From an uncultured Chloroflexia bacterium (lineage in GTDB: Bacteria; Chloroflexota; Anaerolineae; Anaerolineales; Anaerolineaceae): a stretch of 32,000 nt of DNA. The stretch covers positions 1,140,001 through 1,172,000 of the forward strand of contig OY969938.1 in the NCBI GenBank assembly GCA_963704755.1, in the 5' to 3' direction. Made by a program: the position numbers and the translations under genes. The notes beneath the pieces are model-generated. The model searched no databases. It saw only the letters and a program-made list of their open reading frames with translations, and was not told the origin of the DNA. This document shows positions 17,261-26,787 of the stretch, piece by piece; position 1 is the stretch's first letter, and each line of letters begins with the position of its first letter.

Positions 17261-18509
17261 TGGCTCAAAATAAATGTTACCCTAACGCGGAATAAAGCAC
17301 CGCAGAGGGAGCTCATGATGAGTTAACGCAGTCGGCGGGAGATGCTAGAAAGCATTCGTCCGCGCTATTTGAAAGCCAGGAAAGCCGAGAAGAAACAGAT
17401 TCTGGATGAATTTATCGCCACAAGCGGATATCATCGTAAATACGCTATTCGGCTGTTGAAGCATGGTTCCAAGCCAAAGGGGTTGAAGAAAGCCGGGCGA
17501 CGGAAGAAATACAACGGGGAAGTCGTCGTGGCTCTGGAAAAGATTTGGGAAGTTAGTGGGTGCATCTGCTCAAAACGACTACAGCCTTTTATTCCTGAAA
17601 TGGTGGATGTTTTAGAGCGCTGGCAGGAAATAGAGTTGAGCGAGGAAACCAAAGCGCTTTTGTTGAGCTTGAGCCGGGCCACCATAGATCGCTGTTTGAA
17701 AAAGGCACGCCTCGCCCCCACCCCACGTGGGCTTGGGACTACCAAACCGGGCAGTTTGCTCAAACAAGCCATTCCCATCCGCACCTTTACCCCTTGGGAG
17801 GACGAGAAGCCAGGCTTTCTGGAAATCGACCTGGTGGCCCATTGTGGTACAACCACCGAGGGTACCTACCTCAATACCCTCACTGCAACCGATTTAGCCA
17901 CCGGCTGGACCGAGTGCCTGGGCCTGGCCAACAAAACCCAGACAGCTGTCTCTCAAGCCATTGAGGAATTGCGCCATAACCTGCCTTTTCCTCTTTTGGG
18001 ATTGGATTCAGACAATGGCAGTGAATTCATCAACGATACACTTTTGCGATACTGCCAGAGCGAACTCATTACCTTTACGCGTTCGCGGCCTTACCACAAG
18101 AATGATCAGGCTCATGTGGAACAGAAGAATTGGTCGGTTGTTCGACATACCATTGGCTATGACCGCTTCGAAACCCCACAAGAACTTGCCTTGCTCAAAT
18201 CCATTTACTCCGATTTGCGTCTTTACATCAATTTTTTCCAGCCAGTTCTCAAACTGATTGCTAAAGAAACCGTTGACGGCAAGACGATCCGTAAGTATGA
18301 TCTGGCCAAGACCCCCTATCGCCGGGTCTTAGCCCAGGACTCTCTTCCCCTGAAAGTCAAGGCCAGTCTTACTGCCCAATATGTTCATCTGAACCCTGTG
18401 TCCTTACAGGCCAGTATCAATAAAAAGGTCAATCAATTGTTAAGAATTCTCCGGTAACATTTCTATTTGAGGCAACGATTATCCCAAAGTAACATTTTAT
18501 TTTGAGGCA
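17261..18509 (+). mobile_element. Insertion sequence (about 1.25 kb, single DDE transposase, TG...CA termini)
   Basis: IRL is TGGCTCAAAATAAATGTTAC (17261-17280). IRR is GTAACATTTTATTTTGAGGCA (18489-18509), and its reverse complement matches IRL at all but one substitution and one indel. A second internal copy of the right repeat lies at 18454-18474 and overlaps the transposase stop. No clear target-site duplication seen. Confidence 0.8.
17342..18457 (+). CDS. DDE (rve/integrase-core) transposase with N-terminal HTH
   Basis: D-D-E candidates are LEIDLVAHCG, LGLDSDNGSEFIN and HVEQKNWSVVR. GGGAG RBS present. In-frame stop 18 nt upstream fixes the start. Family not determined (IS481/IS3-like ends). 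Confidence 0.88.
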   Translation: MLESIRPRYLKARKAEKKQILDEFIATSGYHRKYAIRLLKHGSKPKGLKKAGRRKKYNGEVVVALEKIWEVSGCICSKRLQPFIPEMVDVLERWQEIELSEETKALLLSLSRATIDRCLKKARLAPTPRGLGTTKPGSLLKQAIPIRTFTPWEDEKPGFLEIDLVAHCGTTTEGTYLNTLTATDLATGWTECLGLANKTQTAVSQAIEELRHNLPFPLLGLDSDNGSEFINDTLLRYCQSELITFTRSRPYHKNDQAHVEQKNWSVVRHTIGYDRFETPQELALLKSIYSDLRLYINFFQPVLKLIAKETVDGKTIRKYDLAKTPYRRVLAQDSLPLKVKASLTAQYVHLNPVSLQASINKKVNQLLRILR

Positions 18510-18543
18510 CCACGGGAGTGATAAAGGAAGCCACTATTCAACG

Positions 18544-18604
18544 ATAAGACTGGGTATATGTGGCGGGGCGGAGAAGCCGCCCCGCCACATATACCCAGTC
18601 TTAT
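18544..18604. repeat. Perfect 28-bp-stem hairpin (loop AGAAG)
   Basis: Arms 18544-18571 and 18577-18604 pair at every position. Lies between the IS right end and the stop of the phosphatase gene. Confidence 0.9.
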
Positions 18605-18635
18605 AAAATAGCAAAGTGTTTTTCAACACCTTTGG

Positions 18636-19322
18636 TTATTTTTCCACCACATCCCACCACTTGGACAGATGCTTCTCGGGGGTCAGGGGCTGATCCATGT
18701 AATGCGAGACATCGTTGAACAGCATCAGCCGGGCACGGACGGGATCCTTGAAATCGAGCACATTCAGGCAGGCCGGGGACTGGTCCAGCCGGTCGCGGTA
18801 CCCGCGCGCATCGAAGCCGAGCAGGCTGCTGATCAACAGGCGGATGGTCGCTTTATGCGAGACCACCAGTACATTTTGCCCACGGTGATTCAATACGATT
18901 TCGCGGATGACCGGCAAGGCTCGCGCGATCACGTTGACCCCGGCTTCGCCGCCCTGGGGGGCAAAGGTAAAGGGGTCCTCTTCCCAGGAGGCATATTCAT
19001 CCGGATACATGGCCTCCACATCCGATCGGCGCATCCCCTCCCAATGGCCGTGGTGGATTTCGCGCAGCCCTTCTCGCTGGATCAGCGGCAGGTTATGCGG
19101 CCTGGCCAGGATGGTGGCGGTATGGACCGTGCGGGCCAGCGGGCTGCAATAGACAGCCGAAATCTCATCGTCCGACAGCCGCTCAGCCAGCCGCTCGGCC
19201 TGGTAAATGCCTTCCGGGGAAAGCTCCACGTCCACTGCCCCGGCAAAACTGTCTTCCCCACTCAGTTCGGTTGCGCCGTGGCGGACCATATAAATTCGGG
19301 TAGTCGTTTGAGGTGTAGTCAT
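18636..19322 (-). CDS. Histidine phosphatase family protein (phosphoglycerate mutase-like)
   Basis: RHGAT catalytic motif (IYMVRHGATE), HHGHWEG, and second His in VVSHKATIRLL. Confidence 0.9.
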   Translation of the reverse strand: MTTPQTTTRIYMVRHGATELSGEDSFAGAVDVELSPEGIYQAERLAERLSDDEISAVYCSPLARTVHTATILARPHNLPLIQREGLREIHHGHWEGMRRSDVEAMYPDEYASWEEDPFTFAPQGGEAGVNVIARALPVIREIVLNHRGQNVLVVSHKATIRLLISSLLGFDARGYRDRLDQSPACLNVLDFKDPVRARLMLFNDVSHYMDQPLTPEKHLSKWWDVVEK

Positions 19323-19387
19323 AGTTTTAAGGCAATCGCTTTATTTGGATATTCTTAGTATAGTGTTTTTCCTGGCTCAGTCAATTT

Positions 19388-20060
19388 GGGAAGAGAAAGA
19401 GGAGAGAGTGGAGATTGGAGATTGAAGATTAGAGATTAGGAAGAAGGCGACGAGGAGATGAGGCGATGAGGGAGCGGTTAGCAATTGGCCGTAGGTGGGT
19501 GGAGGGCTCGGAAATAACGCCGGCAAAACACCGGGCTGCTCGCCATACCCAAACTTGCCCGAAACCCACCGTAAGCAAAGCGATTAGCGGTTGGCAATTA
19601 GCTGTAGGGTGGGTGGAGGGCTCATCGACGTCATCGGTTAATCACATGGCAGCTTTGCACTCCCAAACTTGCCCGGAACCCACCGTAAGCAAAGCGATTA
19701 GCCATAGGGCGAAGCAGCCGGCGAGTTGGCTTGGATTGGAAATGGATATTGGCTCCGGCTGCTTCACCAGCTACGCCGAATGAAAAACGATAAAAAAGCA
19801 CATCCGCCTTATCTCTATCTGTCGGCAAGCGCAATTTAACGCCTTCCCCCTTTTAGGGGGAAGGGTGGGATGAGGGTAGATGCCGGCCAAAACTCATGCC
19901 GTTGGGTTACGGGCATTGCTTTGGTACGCCAAACCCATCATCCAATCGCAAAAACAGGACGCCCGCCCGCAACCCAACCTACGTTTACTTGTGGCTGTTA
20001 GAAGTTAGCGATTAGCGGTTGGCTAAAAGCTAACAGCCAACCGCTAACCGCTTCCCACCG
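19388..20060. repeat. Non-coding repeat tract (purine-rich leader, two ~114-nt-period direct repeat units, small hairpins)
   Basis: GA-rich tract at 19388-19476. Block GTAGG(G)TGGGTGGAGGGCTC occurs at 19491 and 19604. A 41-nt block CCCAAACTTGCCCGRAACCCACCGTAAGCAAAGCGATTAGC occurs at 19548 and 19662 with 1 mismatch. Hairpin CCTTCCCCC tttta GGGGGAAGG at 19842-19864. GCGGTTGGCT/AGCCAACCGC palindromes at 20011-20047. Confidence 0.85.
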
Positions 20061-20146
20061 ATTTACATCCGGGCCAAACCTCCTTATAATCACTCTCCGG
20101 TATGGGCACAATCTTTTAATGGCAATAACAGGACAGCGAGGGTTTT

Positions 20147-21070
20147 ATGGCGATAAATTCGGCGGGCAATAATTCCATCTGGTCCCGGCTGCGGACATTG
20201 GTCGGGCCGGAACAACTGACCTGGCGCACGGCTCGGGAATATTTCTACATCATTCTCGGCGCGCTGATCCAGGCCCTGGCCATGCGGCTCTTTTTGATCC
20301 CGGCCCAACTGGTCAGCGGCGGCATTTCGGGCATCTCTCAAATCGTGAATGCCTTCACCGGCTGGCCGATCGGCTTGATGGTGCTGATCGGCAACGCCCC
20401 GCTGTTCATCATCGGCTGGCGTTATTTGGGCGGCATCCGTTTTGCCCTGCGCACCGCCGTCGCTATCATCCTGTTCTCATTCCTGACCGATTTTCTGGTG
20501 CTGTTCATCCCGGCTGAAGGCGTGGCCGCCAATGACCTGGTACTGGAGTGCCTGTACGGCGGCGTCCTCTTAGGCGTCGGGCTTGGCCTGGTCTATCGCG
20601 GACAGGGTACCAGCGGCGGCTCGGATATCCTCGGGCGCATCCTCAACCACCGCATGGGCATCTCCATATCCCAATCCTACCTGATCACTGACACGGTGGT
20701 GGTGCTGGCCGGGGGTTTTGCCTTCTCCTGGACGCGCGCTTTGTATGGCCTGCTGGTCATTTATATCAGCGGGCTGGCCGCCGAGGCCGTCTCAGAAGGT
20801 TCGAGCGTCTTCCGCACCGCCATGATCATCTCCGCCTGCCCGGACCAGGTCGCGGCCAATATCATGAGCGTGCTCGAACGCGGCGTGACCATATTGCCCG
20901 GCACAGGCGCTTACACCGGCGCCGACCGGCCGGTGCTGTACTGTGTGATCACCCGCTCGGAGGTCAACCAGCTCAAAGAACTGGTCAAAGAAGTGGACCC
21001 GAAGGCCTTTATGGTCATCGGATCCGCCCACGACGCCCTGGGAGAGGGCTTTCATCCGCTGGTCAAATGA
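20147..21070 (+). CDS. YitT family membrane protein (DUF2179 C-terminal domain)
   Basis: EYFYIILGALIQALAMRLFLIPAQLVSGGISGISQIV is a typical YitT N-terminus. C-terminal soluble domain VTILPGTGAYTGADRPVLYCVITRSEVNQLKELVKEVDPKAFMVIG. Confidence 0.88.
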   Translation: MAINSAGNNSIWSRLRTLVGPEQLTWRTAREYFYIILGALIQALAMRLFLIPAQLVSGGISGISQIVNAFTGWPIGLMVLIGNAPLFIIGWRYLGGIRFALRTAVAIILFSFLTDFLVLFIPAEGVAANDLVLECLYGGVLLGVGLGLVYRGQGTSGGSDILGRILNHRMGISISQSYLITDTVVVLAGGFAFSWTRALYGLLVIYISGLAAEAVSEGSSVFRTAMIISACPDQVAANIMSVLERGVTILPGTGAYTGADRPVLYCVITRSEVNQLKELVKEVDPKAFMVIGSAHDALGEGFHPLVK

Positions 21071-21080
21071 GTCCGCAACG

Positions 21081-21743
21081 CTACCGCAGCAAAACGGCTG
21101 CAACGATCAACGCCTGGGCCAGGTGATAGGTCACGATCACGATCAGGCGCCCGTGTTTGATCGGGCCGACAAAACGATCATTGGCCAGGGTGAAGTCCGA
21201 GCTAAAAAATAGCAGCGCCCCCAGGCCGGCCAGTCCCGACGACGGCCAGGGCCAATCGGCGCGGAACAGCGTGGACAGGGCCGACAGCACCATCACCGTG
21301 ATGACCAGGACGTAGAGCAGCACCGGATAGCGCATCCGGCGTCCGGTGGGACGCAGTAAAATTGCCCGGCGCAAGCGCCAGTACCCCCAACCATCGAAGC
21401 CGATGAAAGCCAGAATGATCAAGATCTTCTGCCAGTTAATTACCGGCAGGCCCTGGTTGAACCCGATGATGTAAAACAGGTGCGCCAGCAAGAACCCGGC
21501 CAGTCCAAAGATAAAATACCCGGGCGGGAACAAAAGAAAAATATCTCCGACCAGAGAAAATACCAGCCCCATCCCGAACCAGTAGCCCTGGCCCACCCAA
21601 CCCCCGGCCAGGCTGAAACCCAGGATCAACAACAGCATCACGGCCGGCTTGGTCGCGATGCGCAGCCGCTGCTTGCGGCTGGCTACCGCGTACCAGTCGG
21701 CTGCAGCCAACAGGAAATACCCGACATACCACCCCCACCCCAT
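21081..21743 (-). CDS. YhhN family (lysoplasmalogenase-like) membrane protein
   Basis: Polytopic 220-aa protein with the SLVGDIFLL motif. AAGGAG RBS. 6 nt downstream of era. Confidence 0.75.
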   Translation of the reverse strand: MGWGWYVGYFLLAAADWYAVASRKQRLRIATKPAVMLLLILGFSLAGGWVGQGYWFGMGLVFSLVGDIFLLFPPGYFIFGLAGFLLAHLFYIIGFNQGLPVINWQKILIILAFIGFDGWGYWRLRRAILLRPTGRRMRYPVLLYVLVITVMVLSALSTLFRADWPWPSSGLAGLGALLFFSSDFTLANDRFVGPIKHGRLIVIVTYHLAQALIVAAVLLR

Positions 21744-21749
21744 AGTGAC

Positions 21750-22667
21750 CTACTCCTTATCGCGTGAATAGCCCAGCCAGCGCAGTACGTCCGGTTTGTT
21801 GCGCCAGTTGGGGTTTACCTTCACCCGCAGCTCCAGGAATACCTTGTGCTCACCCATTTTCTCGATTTCCGCCCGGGCGCCGCTGCCGATGCGCTTGAGC
21901 ATTTCCCCGCCTTTACCAATCACGATACCCTTATGCGAATCACGTTCGACGAAAATCGTGGCGTAAATATAGGCGCTGCCATCCGGCCGTTCGGTGAATT
22001 CGTCGATGCGCACGGCGATCCCATGCGGGATCTCGTCGCGCAAATGCAACAGCGCCGCCTCGCGGATCAACTCGCCGGCGATATCGCGCTCGTAAAAATC
22101 CGTGACCTGGTCGGGATCGAAAAAAGGCGTCCCCTGGGGCAGCTTCTCACGGATGGCCTCCTGTAAAGCAGGCAGCCCCTTTTTACTGGCAGCCGAGAAC
22201 AAAAGCACCTGGGCCTGGGGAATAAGCTGCCGGTACAGTTCCTGTCGTTCGATCAGTTTTTGCGCGTCCACCAGGTCGGTCTTGTTGATCGCCAGGATCA
22301 GCGGCGGCAAAGATTTTATGCCGTTGAGTAAACTGGCTATACGCAGGTCCTCGGGGATCGGATCGGTGTTGGCTTCCACCAGCCAGACGATCAGGTCGGC
22401 GTCTTGCAGGGAATCCTCGGCGACCTGGTTCATAAACTCGCCTAGCTTGTGGGCCGGTTTATGCAAACCGGGCGTATCCACGAACACCATTTGGGTCGAG
22501 TCGCTGGTAAAGATACCCAACTGGCGTTGGCGGGTCGTCTGCGGGCGCGGAGAAACGGCGGCTACCTTCTGGCCGATCAGGGCATTCATCAGCGTGGACT
22601 TGCCCACGTTTGGCCGGCCGATCAGCGCCACGTAACCGGAGCGAAAATCTTCAGTAAAATTCATCAT
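21750..22667 (-). CDS. era: GTPase Era
   Basis: G1 GRPNVGKST, G3 DTPG, G4 NKTD, and a C-terminal KH domain (IFVERDSHKGIVIGKGGEMLKRIG). Confidence 0.96.
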   Translation of the reverse strand: MMNFTEDFRSGYVALIGRPNVGKSTLMNALIGQKVAAVSPRPQTTRQRQLGIFTSDSTQMVFVDTPGLHKPAHKLGEFMNQVAEDSLQDADLIVWLVEANTDPIPEDLRIASLLNGIKSLPPLILAINKTDLVDAQKLIERQELYRQLIPQAQVLLFSAASKKGLPALQEAIREKLPQGTPFFDPDQVTDFYERDIAGELIREAALLHLRDEIPHGIAVRIDEFTERPDGSAYIYATIFVERDSHKGIVIGKGGEMLKRIGSGARAEIEKMGEHKVFLELRVKVNPNWRNKPDVLRWLGYSRDKE

Positions 22668-22682
22668 TAATTTGTTCTCTTT

Positions 22683-23219
22683 TCAACTTTTTATCTGGCC
22701 ATCTGCCAGCTTTTGGTCAATCACCCGGTGGCCTTCCAGGTCCAGTAAATAAGCCTTGGATTCCAGCCCGCCCGGCGCCCCATAGCCGTGTAAGCGCCGG
22801 TCGCTGCCCACCACCCGGTGACAGGGGATCACCAGCGGGATGGGGTTGCCGGCCATGAAACCGCCCACCGCCCGCGGCGCCCGCGGATTGCCCGTTCGCG
22901 CCGCCAGCTCGCCATAGGTGCAGATTTCGCCGAAAGGAATGGCGTAGCAGGCTCGCAGGACCTTCTCCTGGTAGGGGGCCAGCCCTTCCCAATCGATGGG
23001 CAGGTCGAAATCTTGCCGTTTCCCGGCGAAATATTCTTCCAGTTGAGCGACGGCCGCCTCCAGCAGCGCTGATATTTGCGGATCATCCGCTTTTATTTCG
23101 GGCAGCGCGGCAAAGGCGATTTCCTCCAGGCCATTCCGGCTGGCAAAAATCGTCAACGGCCCCACAGGCGTGGTGGGCATCACCCGTGCGTATACCGGTA
23201 ATTCCTGGCCTGGGTTCAT
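22683..23219 (-). CDS. ogt: Methylated-DNA--protein-cysteine methyltransferase
   Basis: Active-site IPCHRVV motif. Start moved to the ATG at 23219 (AAGGAG 5 nt upstream) instead of the GTG at 23225. Confidence 0.92.
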   Translation of the reverse strand: MNPGQELPVYARVMPTTPVGPLTIFASRNGLEEIAFAALPEIKADDPQISALLEAAVAQLEEYFAGKRQDFDLPIDWEGLAPYQEKVLRACYAIPFGEICTYGELAARTGNPRAPRAVGGFMAGNPIPLVIPCHRVVGSDRRLHGYGAPGGLESKAYLLDLEGHRVIDQKLADGQIKS

Positions 23220-23369
23220 GGACACTCCTTGATTTGCAAATAGCCAAATTTCTAAGGAATTCTATTCAACGCGGGTTAAATCTACCACAGATTAGAACAC
23301 TGCGTTCTTTTTTGGCCCTTCGCTCCAGGGCAATCACATCATGCCAATTTAGTCTCAACAGAGAGATAA

Positions 23370-23414
23370 TTTTGAGTGTTATTGTGGGGCTACGCCCCAC
23401 AATAACACTCAAAA
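23370..23414. repeat. Perfect 21-bp-stem hairpin (loop TAC)
   Basis: TTTTGAGTGTTATTGTGGGGC tac GCCCCACAATAACACTCAAAA, lying between the ogt start and the stop of the STAND regulator gene. Confidence 0.9.
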
Positions 23415-23513
23415 AACAATTCTTTGTGGAATTGCCCTCGAAATGCAGGCAGGCTGCAATCGCCCTGCCCTTCGCTCGCCCATGCGGCTCAAAATGAATG
23501 TGAACATTCCACC

Positions 23514-25892
23514 CTACCGGGAATGCACCTCAAATTTACCCGCCAGGTCCAGCGCTTCTGCACAGGCCGCATCGTAGCGCATGCGCTGGCCGGCCTGCCA
23601 GGCCTCGTCGAATTCCGTATCCAACCCCTCTCGTGCCCACCGGATGGTTTGATCGAGGCGCTTCTGTTCGACATTGTAGCGCACATACCCGGCCCCAATC
23701 GAATCGATCAAAGCCAGGGATGCAGCCAGGAGCCGCACGGACCGGGTTGAAAGGCATTGGTGGACTGAAATTTCTGCAATCCCGCGGATAAAATAACCGG
23801 TATTGGCCTTATCGTCGATATCCATGGCAATTTGAAGCCCATCCGCGAAAGCCCGAATCGCGCCCTTTTCATCACCCGCAGAGACACCCGCTACACCGAA
23901 ATTATATAAGGCCTGGTGAAGCACAATCCGGTCGCCGGACTGCCTGGCTATGGCTAATCCTTCCCCTAAAATCTTGAGACCCGCCTCGACTTTCCCTTGC
24001 AGATACAGCGTGAAACCCAAATAACTGGTCGAAAAAGCCAGGCACCAGGGTTCATCGAAATCGGGTGAAATTATAGCGTTGATTTTCGAGAAGGATTCCT
24101 GGGCCCTCGCATAGTCTCCCTGGCTGAGCAGGCTGACGCCCAGCATCAACAAGCCAATCACCCAGGTGCGCAGATCGTTTTGGCTGCTGCTAAGGTCGAT
24201 GGCGGCCTGGCAGTGCTGGATCGCCTGCGGATATTCGCCCGAGGCCCAGGCCATGCTGCCAATGGTCAATTCAGCCTGGGACAAATGTATGGCGGTCAAT
24301 TCTCCGGGTTGGGCAGATCTCAACACCGTTTCCATCCATTGGCGCGCCTCGTTGTGCATCCCACGCACCCACCAGAACCGCCATAATGCCCAGGTGAAAC
24401 GAACCGCGGGTTCCCATTGGCCATGATCCAGCCAAAAATCCACCGCGGACCGCAGGTTGTTTCGGTCGCGGCTTAAAAGCGGGAACCAGTATTTCTGGCC
24501 GGCTTTTTGTAGATCAGGCTGGGCTGTTTCGGCTAACGACAGGAAATAGGCGGCATGCGCGGACTGGAGGATCTCTTTTTCACCGGAATTATCCAACCGC
24601 TCGATTCCAAAGGCACGGATCGTTTCCAGCATCTGCAGACGCGGTTGGTCGCCATCCAGGGTCATTTGCACCAGGTTCTTTTGCACCAGCGATTCGATTC
24701 GGGCAAAAACAGTTCCACCCAAACCCTGGCTGCACGCGGATTCGACCGCCTCCAAGGCGGCTCCGCCCGAAAAAACGGCCAGGCGGCGGAACAGAGTTTG
24801 TTCTTCGGGCGCGAGCAGGTCGTAACTCCAGGCAATCGTATCCCGCATGGTTTGCTGGCGGTTCGGCAGGTCGCGGGCGCCGCCCACCAGAATTTGCAAT
24901 TGATGGCTCAAGCGGTCGAGCAGCGCCTGGGGTGGCAGCAGCGCGATCCGGGCCGCGGCCAGTTCAATCGCCAGGGGCAGTCCATCCAGGCGCATACAAA
25001 TCTGTGCAATTGCCGCAGTATTGCTCTCGGTTAAAGCAAAATCCGGGCGGGCAGCCTGGGCGCGCAGCACGAAAAGCCGGATCGCGTCGAATTGGGATGC
25101 ATCTTGAAGCGCCAGGGGCTCATCCGAATTGGGCACCATGAGCGACGGAACCTGATAGGCTTGCTCTCCGCGTACGTGCAAGGCTTCCCGGCTGGTGACC
25201 AAAATTTTCACCTGCGGGCAATTTTGCAGAATCGCAACGATAGAAACTGCCGCCGGAACAACGTGTTCGAAGTTATCCAGCACCAGTAAAAATGACTTAT
25301 TGCGCAGCCAGGTCACCAGGCTCTGCAGCGGAGGAATATTCCGCATTTCATCCAGGCCCAAAGATTGGGCGATCGTCGGCAGTACCAGGGCTGCCTCCCG
25401 AACAGGCGCCAGAGAAATAAAAACGGCCCCATCTTGAAAGGCGTCCTGGCAAATGGACACGACCTCAATGGATAATCGTGTTTTGCCGACCCCGCCCGGG
25501 CCGGTCAGGGTCAGCAGGCGGATATCGGGCCGCAGCAATAATTGTTGGATCACAGCCGCTTCTGTGGCGCGGCCCACCAGCCCGGTCAGCGGCCGGGGAA
25601 TCGCACCGTTGAATTGGACTGAGGTCAGTTTTGCTGCAGCCGGCTCATCCTCTGGGCCAGAATTCGCATTGGTCTCAACCAGGAGATCCTGCTCTTCCGG
25701 CCGGAGCGCCAGGGCTTCGGCCAGCATGCGGATTGTGGACGGGTATGGATGCCGGCGTTCGCCGCGCTCCAGGGCGCTGATTGCATTAGCGGATAACCCG
25801 GCCTTCTCCGCCAGTGATTCCTGGCTCAAACCGGCCCGTTTGCGGTACTGGCGTAACAATGCGGCGAAAGTGTTTGGACGGTCTTGGTTCAT
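23514..25892 (-). CDS. XRE-type HTH / STAND (NB-ARC-like) P-loop ATPase / TPR-repeat regulator
   Basis: Start at the ATG at 25892 (MNQDRPN). HTH LSQESLAEKAGLSANAISALERGER. Walker A LTGPGGVGKTRL. Walker B FLLVLDNFEHV. Helical repeat C-terminal half. Confidence 0.88.
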   Translation of the reverse strand: MNQDRPNTFAALLRQYRKRAGLSQESLAEKAGLSANAISALERGERRHPYPSTIRMLAEALALRPEEQDLLVETNANSGPEDEPAAAKLTSVQFNGAIPRPLTGLVGRATEAAVIQQLLLRPDIRLLTLTGPGGVGKTRLSIEVVSICQDAFQDGAVFISLAPVREAALVLPTIAQSLGLDEMRNIPPLQSLVTWLRNKSFLLVLDNFEHVVPAAVSIVAILQNCPQVKILVTSREALHVRGEQAYQVPSLMVPNSDEPLALQDASQFDAIRLFVLRAQAARPDFALTESNTAAIAQICMRLDGLPLAIELAAARIALLPPQALLDRLSHQLQILVGGARDLPNRQQTMRDTIAWSYDLLAPEEQTLFRRLAVFSGGAALEAVESACSQGLGGTVFARIESLVQKNLVQMTLDGDQPRLQMLETIRAFGIERLDNSGEKEILQSAHAAYFLSLAETAQPDLQKAGQKYWFPLLSRDRNNLRSAVDFWLDHGQWEPAVRFTWALWRFWWVRGMHNEARQWMETVLRSAQPGELTAIHLSQAELTIGSMAWASGEYPQAIQHCQAAIDLSSSQNDLRTWVIGLLMLGVSLLSQGDYARAQESFSKINAIISPDFDEPWCLAFSTSYLGFTLYLQGKVEAGLKILGEGLAIARQSGDRIVLHQALYNFGVAGVSAGDEKGAIRAFADGLQIAMDIDDKANTGYFIRGIAEISVHQCLSTRSVRLLAASLALIDSIGAGYVRYNVEQKRLDQTIRWAREGLDTEFDEAWQAGQRMRYDAACAEALDLAGKFEVHSR

Positions 25893-26119
25893 AGTTCGAT
25901 CCGGTGCGCGGCACAACAAACAATCGTTAATCGATCTGTTTAATCAATAATTTCTCACAAAAATTGTATCAGCGCTTGATGGTTGGGTCAACTGTGTGGG
26001 GGATGTAGGGGGAGTGTGCAGGTAGTGTGCGTGGTTTCTGAGGCGCAGAAACTCTAAAATGTTTTCATATCCGGCAAGCAATTGCCATCCAATTTCAAAA
26101 AGCCAAAGGAGATTATCCA

Positions 26120-26608
26120 ATGTTCAAAGAATCATTACCCGGACGTGTCGTCGAAGCCAGCCAGGGAACAACTTATCGGGTCGTTACCGATCTGGTCACC
26201 TTCAAAGCTGTCGCTGAAAACACCGCAGGCGCCTACTCGCTGTTTGTCACGCAGACCCTGCCCGGTCAGGGCACTCCGCCCCACCTGCAGCACTACGAAG
26301 ACGAAGCTTTCTTTATCCTCGCAGGGACCTACCTGTTCCGCATGGGCGACCAACAAATTCAGGCAAAGGCCGGCGATTATCTCTTCGTGCCGCGCGAGAC
26401 CATCCATGCCTATACCAACATCGGTTCCGAAGTGGCGAAAATGGTCATTCTGGTATCGCCGGGTGGGCTCCATGAAAAATTCTTTGCCGAAGCTGGCGAC
26501 CCAATCGCGGACCTGGCCAATCCCCCTGAAATCAGCGGCCCACCCGACCTGCCCCGTTTGCTGTCCGTGGCCGCCAAATATGGTGTGGACATTCTGCCGC
26601 CAGAGTAA
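26120..26608 (+). CDS. Cupin domain protein
   Basis: Cupin motifs GQGTPPHLQHYEDEAFFILAG and GDYLFVPRETIHAYTN. AAGGAG RBS. Confidence 0.85.
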   Translation: MFKESLPGRVVEASQGTTYRVVTDLVTFKAVAENTAGAYSLFVTQTLPGQGTPPHLQHYEDEAFFILAGTYLFRMGDQQIQAKAGDYLFVPRETIHAYTNIGSEVAKMVILVSPGGLHEKFFAEAGDPIADLANPPEISGPPDLPRLLSVAAKYGVDILPPE

Positions 26609-26613
26609 ATCAA

Positions 26614-26651
26614 GCGGAGTTGGCGGGGGCGTTGCCCTCCGCCAACTCCGC
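26614..26651 (+). terminator. Hairpin terminator candidate after the cupin gene
   Basis: GCGGAGTTGGCGGGGGC gtt GCCC(t)CCGCCAACTCCGC starts 6 nt after the stop codon. No strong T run follows. Confidence 0.5.
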
Positions 26652-26695
26652 AAATTCGAAATTCTTTTGTAAAAACTCAGCTACCATACAGGAAC

Positions 26696-26753
26696 TGCGT
26701 GTTTTTTATTGCATTTATGCGAGAAGCGCATAAATACAATAAAAAAACACGCA
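26696..26753. repeat. Long inverted repeat (27 pairs, 1 mismatch, 1 bulge; loop AGAAG)
   Basis: TGCGTGTTTTTTATTGCATTTATGCG agaag CGCATAAATACAATAAAAAAACACGCA. Has the same 5-nt loop as the hairpin at 18544-18604. Confidence 0.88.
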
Positions 26754-26787
26754 TACCTTCTGAACCTGGCTGAGTAATTACATTCTT

